DNA from: Octopus sinensis
Taxonomy: Eukaryota
Direction of reading: 5' to 3'
Length of the DNA: 64,000 nucleotides
Assembly: GCF_006345805.1 (NCBI RefSeq)
Contig: NC_043013.1
Location: 34,906,001 to 34,970,000, forward strand
Below, piece after piece: positions 38,346-50,789 of the stretch. Both the position numbers and the translations under genes were made by a program. Position 1 is the stretch's first letter; every line of letters starts with the position of its first letter. Under the pieces are notes generated by a model. It was not told where the DNA came from. It did no database searches and was given only the letters and a program-made list of their open reading frames with translations.

Positions 38346-38811
38346 TAACACATAAATATATATATATATATGTATATATATATTAATGAATGATAATGCA
38401 TGTGTGTCTGATGTGTGTGTATCTGTGTGTATGGTAAGTGTACTCACATGTTTGCAAACATGAATAGATATTACGTTAAAACAGCAGACCAAGCAGAAAC
38501 AATTTGGAGGAAAGAGGGAGAAAGGGAAAGATAATGAGAGAGAAAGAGAGAGAGAGGGAGAGAATGGATGGGTGACAGAGAGTGATAAGAAAAAGAATGA
38601 GAGTAACAGAGGGTGTCAGTGAGATCAAGAAAGAGTGATCAATGTAGAGGAGAGTGAATAATAAAGAGAATGAGGAGATTATTTATATAATGTTTACTTA
38701 ACCGCAAATAGTGTAGAATGTGTACATCAATGAATGTGTGCGTATGACCCATGTATATATATATATATATAATATATACATACATACATACATACATACA
38801 TACATACATGC

Positions 38812-38874
<63 letters not shown>

Positions 38875-38956
38875 CATATATATATATATTGCACATACAT
38901 ACATACATTCATACATAGAGAGATAGAGATAGATAGATAGACAGAGATAGAAGGAG

Positions 38957-39038
<82 letters not shown>

Positions 39039-39159
39039 GTGTTTGTTATTATGCTCAGTTATAATAAAGAAAATTTTGCTTTATTCTAAAGAGTTAATCT
39101 ATACTTCTGTTGCATAAAAATGAATTATACTTAAACAAGAATATCATTCTTTTCTACTC

Positions 39160-39360
39160 TAGGCACAAGGGCCGAAATTTTGAGGGAGGGGGCCTGTCAA
39201 TTAGATCAACCCCAGTAAGCAACTGGTGCTTAATTTATCAACCTCAAAAGGATGAAAGGCAAAGTCGACGTCGGTGGAATTTGAACTCAGAACGTAAAGA
39301 CAGACAAAATATTGTGAAGCATTTCGTCCGGCATGCTAATGTTTCTCTCAGGTCACCATC
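39160..39360 (-). mobile_element. SINE family B
   Basis: ggatgaaaggcaaagtcgacgtcggtggaatttgaactcagaacgtaaag is the reverse complement of the core. Confidence 0.85.
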
Positions 39361-39452
39361 CTAAACACGAATATTATTGACAATGACTTCGAAGTTTCAG
39401 CCACGTAAGCCATTTTTACACTATATATCTGTGTATCTATACATATATAAAA

Positions 39453-39481
<29 letters not shown>

Positions 39482-39483
<2 letters not shown>

Positions 39484-39678
39484 TGGCTGTGCGGTAAAAG
39501 AAAACACACAAGGATCAGTTAATTATGATTTTATTCAACATATATCCTTCTCAGATTCACGCACTTACTGCAAAAGTCCTTCAGTTTTTCTAAACCCTAT
39601 AAAAAGAACTCTGATGGCCTCTAATCAGGCCTTTTGCACTACCCTTAAAGCCAGGAACTTTTCACCTTTTCACCTCCT
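39482..39678 (-). mobile_element. Partial mariner-derived MITE
   Basis: Same family as 49921-50433; retains the taaagccaggaacttttca TIR. Confidence 0.7.
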
Positions 39679-39737
39679 TATACATGGCCATGTGTATGAA
39701 GGCACCTATTTCTGTCCCTCTGTTATAACCCATCATG

Positions 39738-40076
39738 TTCAAAAGGTCCCTGAATAAGGCTTGTTTAAGGATGATGAACGAAACACCCATGTTTCCAAAG
39801 GGGAATTATCCAAACCCCAAAGAATCCCTCTCAACACATGGCTTTGATGCTCCCCCACTACTTCTGCTCATGATCAGAGATGCACATATCGTCAGCTACT
39901 AAGGGACATGCTCAACTGGTTAAGGTCAAACAACTGACAAGCAAATCTGTGGTATTGAGCAGAATATTTGCTGTAGCCCATCTTTTATACCAAGACAAAA
40001 CAATGTACATGATAACACTTCCAATCAGTTAAGATCAGAAGCCATGAGAGCCACTGCCTGGTACTGCATCATGGCA
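39738..40076. mobile_element. Element X, partial copy
   Basis: Homologous to 11996-12525 and 61638-62146; abuts (ATT/ATC)n. Confidence 0.8.
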
Positions 40077-40111
40077 TTATCATCATTATTATTATTACTA
40101 TTATTATTATC

Positions 40112-40326
40112 AAGGCAGTGAGCTGCCAGAATTATTAGTACACTGGACAAAATGCTTAGTGGCATTTCATCTGTCCTTACGTTCTGAGTTCAAATTCCCC
40201 AAATGTCAACTTTGCCTTTTCATCATTTCGGGCCTGATAAAATAAGTACCAGTTAAGCACTGGGGTTGATGTAATCAACTAGTCCCCTCCAACAAAATTT
40301 CAGGCTTTGTGCCCATAGTATAAGGG
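40112..40326 (+). mobile_element. SINE family B in (ATT)n
   Basis: aaggcagtgagctgccagaatt...ctgagttcaaattcc core. Confidence 0.85.
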
Positions 40327-40405
40327 TTATTGCTTTTATTATCATCTACATCAACATCTCACCACCACACCATCATCATCATTTTTATCATTATCGTTAT
40401 TATTA

Positions 40406-40453
<48 letters not shown>

Positions 40454-40764
40454 CATCATTATTATTATTATTATTATTATTCAGTAGTTTTATTTTTATA
40501 GCGTGCTTTCACTTCACTACCGAGCGTAGCTCTGTGTGCCTTGGGTATGTGCTGTGATTTGTTGAGATGCTCTGATGGTTATTGTATGGAAGTGTTCTGC
40601 GTAGGATGTGTGCAGTGCCTAGTAGTGCAATTTTCTGTATGTTATATGTGTTTGTAAGTCCTGGTGTTTTGTTATGTATTTGTCTGAATATTTTTTTCTC
40701 ATGCCTAATGCACCTACTATGATAGGAATGTTTCTGTTTTCAGATTCCACATTCTAGTTACCTC

Positions 40765-40784
40765 TATTATTATTATCATATTAA

Positions 40785-40816
<32 letters not shown>

Positions 40817-40879
40817 TATTATTATTATTATTATTAATATTATTATTATTATATTATTATTATTATTATATTATTAATA

Positions 40880-40976
<97 letters not shown>

Positions 40977-41018
40977 ATCATTATTATTATTATTATATTA
41001 ATATATTATTATTATTAA

Positions 41019-41051
<33 letters not shown>

Positions 41052-41097
41052 CATTATTATATTATTATTATTATTATATTATTATTATTCTTATTAA

Positions 41098-41145
<48 letters not shown>

Positions 41146-41160
41146 CATCATCATCATTAT
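40765..41160. repeat. Long (ATT)n microsatellite
   Basis: Direct reading. Confidence 0.95.
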
Positions 41161-41679
41161 TTTGCTGCTGTTACTTCATTTTTCTTATTTCGGGAGATTT
41201 TTTAAAATAATTTTCTTGAAAAACGTAAGTTTAATTTTATTTGTTTTTGCTTTTGCATTCATTTTACATTTCCTTTGTCTTTTAAAACTTATTATTTTCA
41301 TTCCATTTATTAATTATTCTTTTTCTTTGTTTACTCATGCTTTCACATGCCTAGAAATGCAGCTTTGTGCACCTCAGGTAAATGTGCGGCTTCGTCATGT
41401 TGTTTCCTTTTTTTATTTACGTTGCACATATCACAAAGTCCTCGGGCATTGGTTACATATGTGCTTGTCTTTTTTTAATCATTTCCAAGATCATTATTCT
41501 TATACAGATTTTTCTGGAAGTTTTTTTGTGCTTATGTGTGTGTATGATGTTTTTTTTCTCCACAATTTGGTTATTACTACTTTCAGATATTTTTATTTTA
41601 ATAATTTCTCCATTTCTTTTGCACGTGCTTGAGAAAACTCATCAGTCTAAGTGAAATCGCAGTCATGGACAGTGTTGGG

Positions 41680-41965
41680 CACCATACATAAAAGGCACTC
41701 GTGATGGTGGCACATAAAAGGCACCTGTGACAGTGACATGTAAAAGGCACCTATAATGCTAGCACGTAAAAGACACCCACTACACTCTTGGTGTGTTTGA
41801 CATTAGGAAAGCCATCCAGCCAAAGAAACAAAACCAAAATCCTGCTGGAGCATGGGACAGGTCACCAGTTTACCCATTCCAGACAAACCATATGACCCCC
41901 CCCCCCAGTAGCATGGAAAACAGATGCTAAATGATAATAATGAATAATGCTAAATAATGATGATG
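41680..41965 (+). mobile_element. Old RTE 3' fragment
   Basis: Repeated ggcac(a/g)taaaaggcac motifs, cacccactacactc and a gcatggaaaacagatgctaaatgat tail. Confidence 0.7.
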
Positions 41966-42029
41966 ACTAAACATAAAAAATTTGTACTGAGGAAAAATCG
42001 CTGAAAGTACCATCAAGAGATTTCCTTAC

Positions 42030-42498
42030 CCTCGTGCGACCAGGTCAGCGGATCCATTTCAAGAAGAAGATCAAGAAACTTCCTGAGAAAAATGAAAAGT
42101 GGAACGGCTATTGGGAGGTAACTGCAGATTTACCTGGGTGCCAGGTTTTGTTTCCCATCCCAGTTTCGAAAAAACCAGATATTTTGATGTGGTGTGAAAG
42201 AAAGAAAGTTGTAAATATAGTCGAGCTAACGGTTCCTCATGAAGATAATATGGACGCCACTCGGGCTTGAAAATTGAACCGTTATGAAAACCTCCTCGAG
42301 GAATGTGAAGACACAGGCTGGAAAGCGGAACGTTTTCCTATCGAAGTCAGATGTAGAGGGTTTATTGGACACAGCATGAGACGACTGTTGTTATCGATAG
42401 GCTTAACTCATCGTAAAGTCAATACCACCATGACTGATATCCAATCTACAGTGGAGAAGGCTAGCCACTGGATTTGGTTAAAAAGAGACGATGAGTGA
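42030..42498 (+). mobile_element. HERO-like (R2-superfamily, RLE) LINE C-terminal relic
   Basis: KKPDILMW..VVNIVELTVPHEDN..*KLNRYENLLEEC..GW...PIEVRCRGFIG..VEKASHWIWLKR (ORFs 42034..42270 and 42274..42498, one in-frame stop). The clade is assigned from remembered motif style. Confidence 0.75.
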
Positions 42499-43132
42499 TG
42501 GCTAGAAGTATATTGAGTTCTTCATAACCAGCTGATCTAGCAAGCGGGGCCTCATATCAGTGAGGGGGGCCGGTGCGCATTGATGCCGTCGAGAGGTAGG
42601 CCCTGAAACGGCACGCATTCTCTCCTGATGGCCCCATACACTTGCTAGCTTCCGGTATACGGAGCTTTTAACTGGTAGCACTTGCATGTGCAAGTTGTTT
42701 GCAAGACATCTATGGATTCATAGAATCCTATGGCAATCACAGAAACTCCTCTAGTGGACCTGGCTAGCAGACCACATAGTAATCCAATACGGAGGATTGT
42801 TATGTAGAGTTCTACGCAGCTGAAATTCTGCAGATCCAATCAATGAAATCATTTGGTGAGGAATACATAGACCATAAAAATTAGGAGGTACGAAAGGTGA
42901 ATATAGCTATATAACCACTTGTTATCCATAGGATTACAGCTGTTTCACATTCTTCATCATGTAATAATTATTTTAGTGTATTATAAATTATTCTACATGT
43001 GTACACTAATATGCATGCTATGGATTGTATAAAACAAGTGTATATTTATAAAGCAGTGCTGATAAAGAAGGCTGGCTCATCAGATCACCACAAAACAACA
43101 TCACGGTTACACCAATGCTTCAACTCATTGAA

Positions 43133-43168
<36 letters not shown>

Positions 43169-43329
43169 AAAGAAGATGCGGGATGAAGGATGACCTCAAG
43201 TCACTGAACCTTTCAGAGGAGATAGCAATGGACAGAGATATCTGGTGCCTTGCTGTTATCACGAAGACCCATCCCCTATAGCAGGAGTGTTAGGGTCACT
43301 CCTCCTGATGAAGAAGATTGGCCTGCAAG

Positions 43330-43590
43330 GGTCCTCTGCCAGTGCCACGTAAAAAGCGCTCATCTTGGCATCATGTAAGAGCGCTCATGTCAGTGCCACT
43401 TTAAAGGCACCCAGTACACACCATAATGTGGTTGGCATTAGGAAGGGCATCCAGCCATAGAAACCAAGGCAAATCAGATTGGAATCTGGTGCAGGTCACC
43501 TGCTTGCTAGCTCTAGCCAAACTGTCCAACCCATACCAGCATGGAGAATAGACATTAAAGAATGATGATGATGATGATGATGACGATGAT
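43330..43590 (+). mobile_element. RTE 3' fragment
   Basis: gtggttggcattaggaagggcatccagcc...(gat)n tail. Confidence 0.8.
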
Positions 43591-43692
43591 ACATTATATG
43601 TATATATATGTATGTGTATGTATATAGATATGTATGCGTATTTATAAATATACATGTATATGTATCTGTGTATGTGTGTGTGTGTATGTGAG

Positions 43693-43723
<31 letters not shown>

Positions 43724-44159
43724 AAATATATATATATGTACACACACTCACACATACATATGTGCGTACACACACACACACAGACATACAAACATGCCCA
43801 CAAAAGAGCAAACATACATTGGTTTCGTTAATTCATTAGAATCTTGGATGATTCACATATTTTGGGGCTTCTTCTACTAATTGAAACACGTTCCATTCCA
43901 AGAGAAGACTTGCTGCTGAATACCATCCATCTTGCACCAGATCATAAACTGATGAGAAGAAATTCAACATTAATTAGGATAAATTAAGATTAATCAAGAA
44001 CAGGTTCAAGAAGAAGAAGACTGTCACACCCATAAACGAACTCTATCTTTACCAATCATTTGACCATCTACGTCTGCTTGGACATCTGCTTATACTCGCA
44101 TATGTCAACCTAATCACGTTACTATTACAATCACTCCATTTACTGGTCCGTTGTATAAG

Positions 44160-44610
44160 TGAGTTATTGTATTGTGTGTTAGTCTCCCTCATTGCTTTCA
44201 CTTTATGTGTTAGTGTGTCATATTACTTTCACATTATAATGTATGTACATGTTATTGTCTGACTACTTTCACTTTACAATGTATTATTTATGTATTAAGT
44301 ATTAGTCTGTATTATCACTTTCACTTTCTAATACATATGTGTGTTAGTTTTTCTTAATATTTTCACGTTATAATGTTGCATTGAGTGTTATTCAATGTTA
44401 TTATTTTCTCCTTATATTGTTATACATGTGTGTTATTGCATTATGCGTTAGTCTGTTTTATTACTATCACATTATAATGTATTGAATATATATATTATTG
44501 TATAGAGTATTAGTTAGTCTATCTTATTATTTCCACATTATAATATTGTATTGTATTGAGCTGGTTCTGCCTTTCTCTCTTATGATTGTCACTTTATAAT
44601 ATTGTATTGA
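44160..44610. repeat. Degenerate AT-rich minisatellite
   Basis: Recurrent gtgttagtct...tattactttcacattataatgt motif. Confidence 0.55.
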
Positions 44611-44630
44611 GTGTCTATGAAAAGATCTAC

Positions 44631-44677
<47 letters not shown>

Positions 44678-45094
44678 GTATATATATATTTGGTATATAT
44701 ATATACACACCAATGAAAAGCAGACAAAGAAAATTCTTTAACCCATCTTTAATCATACATTACAAATGTTTCTGTACCATGTCCATTTGCAATGCCAGTT
44801 TATGCTAAAATTCTTAATGAAAAATCTTGTAATACTTGCAGTTTTACAGCATTGCAGAGGCACTTCCTCAGACTTGCATCGAAGGCATGCTATTTACTTT
44901 GTGCATCTTTCAGACCTTGTTGTTAGGAAAATTAAGTGTGTATGTGAGATGAGTATGTAGAGCAGACATTATGTGGTGGTGAGGGGAGGGATCAAGCAGG
45001 TGGATATGTATAATGATAGGATATGTATAATGTATAATGATATGTATAATGATATATATATATATATGTATATATGTATATGTATATATATCTG

Positions 45095-46622
45095 TATCAT
45101 CATCATCATCATCATCATCATCATTATCGTCATTTAACGTCCGTTTTCCATGCTAGCATGGGCTGGACGGTTTGACTGGGTTCTGGAAAGCCAGGAGGCT
45201 GGACCAGGCACCAATCTGATCTGGCAGTGTTTCTACAGCTGGATGCCCTTCCTAATGCCAACCACTCCATGTGTGTAGTGGGTGCTTTTTATGTGCCACC
45301 GGTACAGGGGCCAGATGAGACTGGCAACAGATCGGTTGGTGCTTTTTACGTGCCACTAGCATGGAAGCCAGTCAAGGCAGTGCTGGCATCGGCCACGTTC
45401 AGATAGCGCTTTTTACGTGCCACTGGCACGAGTATCACAACTACAATTTCCATTTGATTTTTGTTTTGATGTTGATGTACTTGACTCAATAGGTCTCCTC
45501 AAGCACAGCAGGTCACACACGATCCAAAGTACATTTGAGTGGGCTGGGGCTGATTATGTGAAACTGGTGTAGGATACAGCCGTGAACTCACTCTTTTTGC
45601 CGGGTCTTTGCAGTCACAGCTTATCTCCAGAGGTCTCAGTCTTTTGTCATTGCCTCTGTAAGGCCCACCTCATCCCATGTCTTCCTGGGTCTACCTCTAC
45701 CCCAGATTCCTTCAACTGTTTGGGAGTGGCACTTCTTCACACAGCTCTCCTCATCCATCCATAACACATGACCATACCAGTGCAAACATCTCTCTTGCAT
45801 GCCACATCTGATGCTTCTTATGTCCAACATTTTTCACAGGGTGCTTATACTCTGTCGTATGTGCACACTGACATTACACATCCAGCGAATCATGCTAGCT
45901 TCATTTCTTTCAAACCTACACATGTCCTCTGCAGTCATGGCTCATGTTTCCCTGCCATGAAGGATGGAAGTTTGCACTCATGCATTGTACAATCTACCTT
46001 TCACTGAGTGAGATGTTCCTTGTAACCAGCAGGGGTAGAAGCTTTCTAAACTTTGCCTAGGCTATTCTTATTCTAGTGGTAACACTCTCAGAGCATCTAC
46101 CCTTAATGCTAACTTGGCTACCTAGGTAGTGGAAGCTATCAACTACTTCTAGTTTCTCCCCCTGGATTGTGATGGAATCTGTTTTCTGAGCATCTGTGGT
46201 GTTTATTGCCCCTGTGCATCTGCCACACACAAAAACTGTCTTCCCAGTAAATTTTCCTTTGGTGTTGCTGCACCTCTTATGTGTCCCTGGCTTACACTGG
46301 GTACATTTTATGGAGTTTCTACCTACACCTTTTCTACACATCGAGCAGGACCACCTACCTGAGAGGGTATGTCATGAATTTGCCTTCCTACTTACAAGAA
46401 CTTTGGTCTTTGCTACATTGACTCTAAGGCCTTTTGATTCTAAACCTTGCTTCCACACCTGAAATTTCTACTCTAGTTCTAGTAGTGATTTTGCTGTGAG
46501 GGCAAGGAGCTCCCAGGAGCAAGCCATCTTGAATTCCTCTGATATTGTCTGGAGGACTATGATGAATAAAAGGGGACTGAGGGCTGATCCTTGGTGGACC
46601 CCTACTTCTACCCAGAATTTAT
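45095..46622 (-). mobile_element. 5'-truncated RTE LINE (RT relic, PHD-like finger, 3' UTR, (GAT)n tail)
   Basis: EVGVHQGSALSPLLFIIVL, GLRVNVAKTKV, KLEVVDSFHYLG, ERCLHWYGHV and GRGRPRKTWDEV, with stops and deletions; (TA)n on both flanks. Confidence 0.92.
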
Positions 46623-46662
46623 CTGTATATACATACACACACATCATCATCATCATCATATA

Positions 46663-46703
<41 letters not shown>

Positions 46704-46708
<5 letters not shown>

Positions 46709-47008
46709 CCGTGACCGACCAGGCTATCAGATGTTGCTACACATCACTGGTCACAATGCGCTTCGGATTGTTTTAGCCTTCAAATGACACCATTCCGCTG
46801 GCTAAGTGACCAGGCCAACAGAAGAAAGAGTGAGAGAAAGTTGTAGTGAAAGAGTACAGCAGGGATCGCCACCACCCCCTGCTAGAGCCTCATGGAGCTT
46901 TAGGTATTTCCGCTCAATAAACACTCACAATGCCTGGTCTGGGAATTGAAACCGTGATCCTACGACCATGAGTCTGCTGCCCTAACCACTGGGCCATTGC
47001 GCCTCCAC
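46704..47008 (-). mobile_element. tRNA-derived SINE (distinct family D)
   Basis: Minus strand ggcgcaatggcccagtggttagggcagc (A box) ... cggtttcaattccc (B box); ends gcctggtcggtcacggtgatg(ta)n. Confidence 0.85.
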
Positions 47009-47028
47009 ATATATATATATAGGTGCAG

Positions 47029-47094
<66 letters not shown>

Positions 47095-47104
47095 GTATAT
47101 ATGT

Positions 47105-47588
47105 GGAAATCGATCAGTGGAAATTGCAGATGTGTTACCAGTGCCAGTGGCATGTCGAAACTCTACTTGTGAAGACCCGTTGAGGCAAGTGAGGATCAGA
47201 ATGGAAATCGATCAATGGAAATTGCAGATGTGTTACCAGTGCCGGTGGCATGTAAGAGAACCTTCCGTTTCGCGACCGTTGCCAGCACCGCCCCGTTTCA
47301 TGTCCGTTGCCAGCCTCGCCTGGCCCCTGTGCCGGTGGCACATAAAAAGCACCATCCGTTCGTGGCCGTTTGCCAGCTCTGTCTGGCACCTGTGCGGGTG
47401 GCACGTAAAAAGCACCCACTACACTCACGGAGTGGTTGGCGTTAGGAAGGGCATCCAGCCGTAGAAACACTGCCAGATTTGACTGGGCCTGATGAAGCCT
47501 TCTGGCTTCACAGACCCCAGTAGAACCATCCAACCCATGCTAGCATGGAAAACGGACGCTAAACGACGATGATGATGATGATGATGAT
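47105..47588 (+). mobile_element. RTE 3' UTR fragment with internal repeats and (GAT)n tail
   Basis: Homologous to 54541-56290; 5' end abuts (TA)n. Confidence 0.88.
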
Positions 47589-47992
47589 ATATAAATAAGG
47601 ATAAGATCGTTAATTTAAAAATAAAATAACGATTTTATCAAGTGGTCAGCATGGAAAAAATAACCTTCAAAGGTAATAATTATTAAAATTACAAATTAGG
47701 GTATCTACGAGATACCACCATGCTGAAAACAGCAGCCATGATCTGACTTTAAAACCACCTAAATTGTTGATATATCAACACGGAGAAAAAACAAAGCGAC
47801 AAGATGAAATGAATAAAAAATTACTGGATAATTCTAGATCCAGATTTCTGACTTTGCATTTATGAATGCTTTGCCTCGTCAGTTGAAACGTTCAAACACA
47901 TAAGGTGTTTAGAGAAACATTTACCCAAAAATATATTCAAAATAAAGAGAAGGAAAGAACAATTTAAGAAAAAATATTTCTTTAAAATCTAC

Positions 47993-48300
47993 CTAGTGGA
48001 TAGAGAGCCAAGCTGACAATCATGAGGTAGTGAGTTTGATTCCCAGACTGGGTTGTGTATTGTGTTCTTGAACAAGACGCTTTGTTTCACTCAGCTGAAG
48101 AAATGAGTTGTAACATCACTGGTGCCAAGCTGTACTGGCCTTTGCCTTTCTCTGGGATAACATTGGTGGCATGAAGAAGAGAGGCTGATATGCATTGGTC
48201 TTCCACAAATAACCTTGACTGGACTTGTACCTCAGACGGTAACTTTGTAAGGGCAATCCCATGGTCATTCATTACCAAAGGGGTCTTTATCCTTTACCCG
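47993..48300 (+). mobile_element. Old tRNA-derived SINE (family E)
   Basis: ctagtggatagagagcc...gtgagtttgattcccagactggg head, followed by ttcttgaacaagacgcttt. Confidence 0.6.
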
Positions 48301-48435
48301 TTACCAAGTGAATACGAATTTGGACAAATAGGAATTCATTCGATCTGAACACTGATCATTCCTCACCAAAATGTGACTAAACATTTTAGTAAATACTTAC
48401 CAAATAATAAATAAATGAAAACCAAGTAACAGTAT

Positions 48436-48841
48436 ACTCTTTTACTTGTTTCAGGCATTTGACTGCGGCCATGCTGGAGCACCGCCTTTAATTGAGCAAC
48501 TTGACCCCAGGACTTATACTTTTGTAAGACCAGTACTTATTCTATCAGTCTCTTTTGCCGAACTGCTAAGTAACGGGGACATAAACACACCAGCATCGGT
48601 TGTCAAGCAATGCTAGGGGACAAACACAGACACACAAACACACACACGCATATATATATATATATATATACATAAATACAACAGGCTTCTTTCAGTTTCC
48701 ATCTACCAAATCCACTCACAAGGCTTTGGTCGGCCCGGGGCTATAGCAGAAGACACTTGCCCAAGATGCCACACAGTGGGACAGAACCTGGAACCATGTG
48801 GTTGGTTCGCAAGCTACTTACCACACAGCCACTCCTGCGCC
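48436..48841 (-). mobile_element. SINE family A
   Basis: Full reverse-complement match. Confidence 0.92.
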
Positions 48842-48904
48842 TTTATATTTTGTGTACGCCTATGTAGGAATGTATTTTTCTACACACACACACACATATA
48901 TAGG

Positions 48905-49195
48905 GAAGGGCACCATTTGAGTGTGATCATTACCAACGTCGCCTTACTGGCACCTGTGCCGGTGGCATGTGTAAAATGATTTGAGAAAGGTCATTGCCAG
49001 TACTGCCTGACTGGCCCCGTGCCAGTGGCACATAAAAAGCACCCACTACACTCTCGGAGTGGTTGGCATTAGGAAGGCCATCTAGCTGAAGAAACTCTGC
49101 CAGATCAAGATTGGAGCCTGGTGCGGCCGTTTGGTTTGCCAGCCCTCAGTCAAAATCATCCAACCCATGCTAGCATGGAAGGCAGACGATGATAA
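48905..49195 (+). mobile_element. RTE-type 3' fragment
   Basis: ggcacataaaaagcacccactacactctcggagtggttggcattaggaagg...ccaacccatgctagcatggaag. Confidence 0.8.
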
Positions 49196-49216
49196 TCAGT
49201 AGCTTGAATTTATTAT

Positions 49217-49446
49217 ACTCTTTACTCTTTTATTTGTTTCAGTCATTTGACTGCGGCCATACTGGAGCACCGCCTTTAGTCGAACAAATCGACCCCAGGA
49301 CTTATTCTTTGTAAGCCTAGTACTTATTCTATCGGTCTCTTATGCCGAACTGCTAAGTGACGGGGACATAAACACACCAGCATCGGTTGTCAGGCGATGT
49401 TGGGGGACACACAGACACACAAACATGTACACACACATACACAAAT

Positions 49447-49479
<33 letters not shown>

Positions 49480-49639
49480 CGACGGGCTTCTTTCAGTTTC
49501 CGTCTACCAAATCCACTCACAAGGCTTTGGTCGGCCCGAGGCTATAGTAGAAGACACTTGCCCAAGTTGCCACGCAGTGGAACTGAACCCGGAACCATGT
49601 GGTTGGTAAGCAAGCTACTTACCACACAGCCACTTCTGC
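49217..49639 (-). mobile_element. SINE family A
   Basis: Full reverse-complement match. Confidence 0.92.
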
Positions 49640-49920
49640 ATAACTAACTAATAAAACTTCAAATATCTCAGAGAAATTGTCTACCTGCATATGCATAAAC
49701 ACATATCTCCAACTACTCTCCCATGCTTATATACTATTACAACTATTAATGCCTGGAAGTAACTGTGCTGCTAATTATCTTTGAGTATAAACACATAACT
49801 CTACACATAGAAATGGTGTTGCTAATCTATGTGCAGGAAAATATTTTTCTGTACGTATTTTTCTTGCTAATTATGTGACTGAAAGTATTTCTCTATGCAT
49901 AGAAATAGTGTTGCTAATCC

Positions 49921-50433
49921 ATGAGACAGTGCTGAAAATTTGTTGGTTTTAAGTAATAGAAAATACTGTAGGATAAATTAATTATGAATTTGTCCAACAT
50001 ATTTCCCTCTCAGATTCACACTTATTGCAGCTATCCTTCAGTTTTTCTAAATCCTGTAAAACAACCAAGAAGGTTGGACCTCCAGCCAGGCTTTCTGCAA
50101 TACCCTTAAAGCCAGTAAGTTTCCAGCATCCCCTCACATGTTTGTGAATATATTTTTCTGCACATAGAAATGGTGTTGCTAATTATGTGAGCGTAAAAAG
50201 AAATAGTGTTGCTAATCCATGAGAGGGTGCTGAAAAGTTCCTGGCTTTAGGTAAAATAAAATGCAGGAGGATCGATTAATTATGCTTTTATCCAACCTAT
50301 TCCCCTCTCAGATATACACACTTATTTCAGCAGTCCTTCAGTTTTTCTAAGCCCTGTAAAAGAACTCAGAAAGTTAGGCCTCCAGCCAGGCCTTTCACAA
50401 AATCCTTAAAGCCTGGAAGTTTCCAGCACTTCA
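49921..50433 (-). mobile_element. Two mariner-derived MITEs (49921-50136, 50220-50433)
   Basis: TIRs gag.gggtgctgaaaagttcctggcttta and taaagcc.ggaa.tttccagcac; the minus-strand interior reads LQGLEKLKDC*NKCVYLRGE*, the mariner transposase C-terminus. Confidence 0.82.
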
Positions 50434-50789
50434 GTGTGTGAGTGTGAACATATTTTTCTACACATAGAAACAGTGTTGCTAATTATGCGTGTGAAAATAT
50501 TTCTCTACATGTAGAAATGGTGTGTGTACCATGTATTGTCAACGTCTACCATTATTGTTGCAGAGGCCTTCCAAAACAACGTGTTTTCTGATCTCTTGGA
50601 TGTCACTGAGCAACTACACAGGTCCACCTTTCGTCTATGAGTCTTATGACATACCTTCTACAGTGGAAGTTCTTATTTCAGTATTCTGAAATTGCATCAT
50701 TCACTCCACTCCATTCTCAAATAATCTCATTTCAAACCAATTTAAAAAACAAAATCCTTATTTTTGTATCAGAGGCAACACATAAAATT

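Noticed and set aside
41355-41377. 23-nt candidate exon (cctag|...CTCAG|gtaaat; KCSFVHL or MQLCAPQ)
   Set aside because: The splice signals are good, but such short matches arise by chance in T-rich DNA and there is no independent support.
41605-41650. CUGAUGAG...GCACGUGC on the minus strand
   Set aside because: GAAA and the A15.1-U16.1 pair are missing, and there is no stem I.
42925-42965. Hammerhead-like AUGAUGA...GAAACAGCUGUA on the minus strand
   Set aside because: C3 is mutated, stem II is collapsed and there is no stem I pairing; at most a dead Penelope-type relic.
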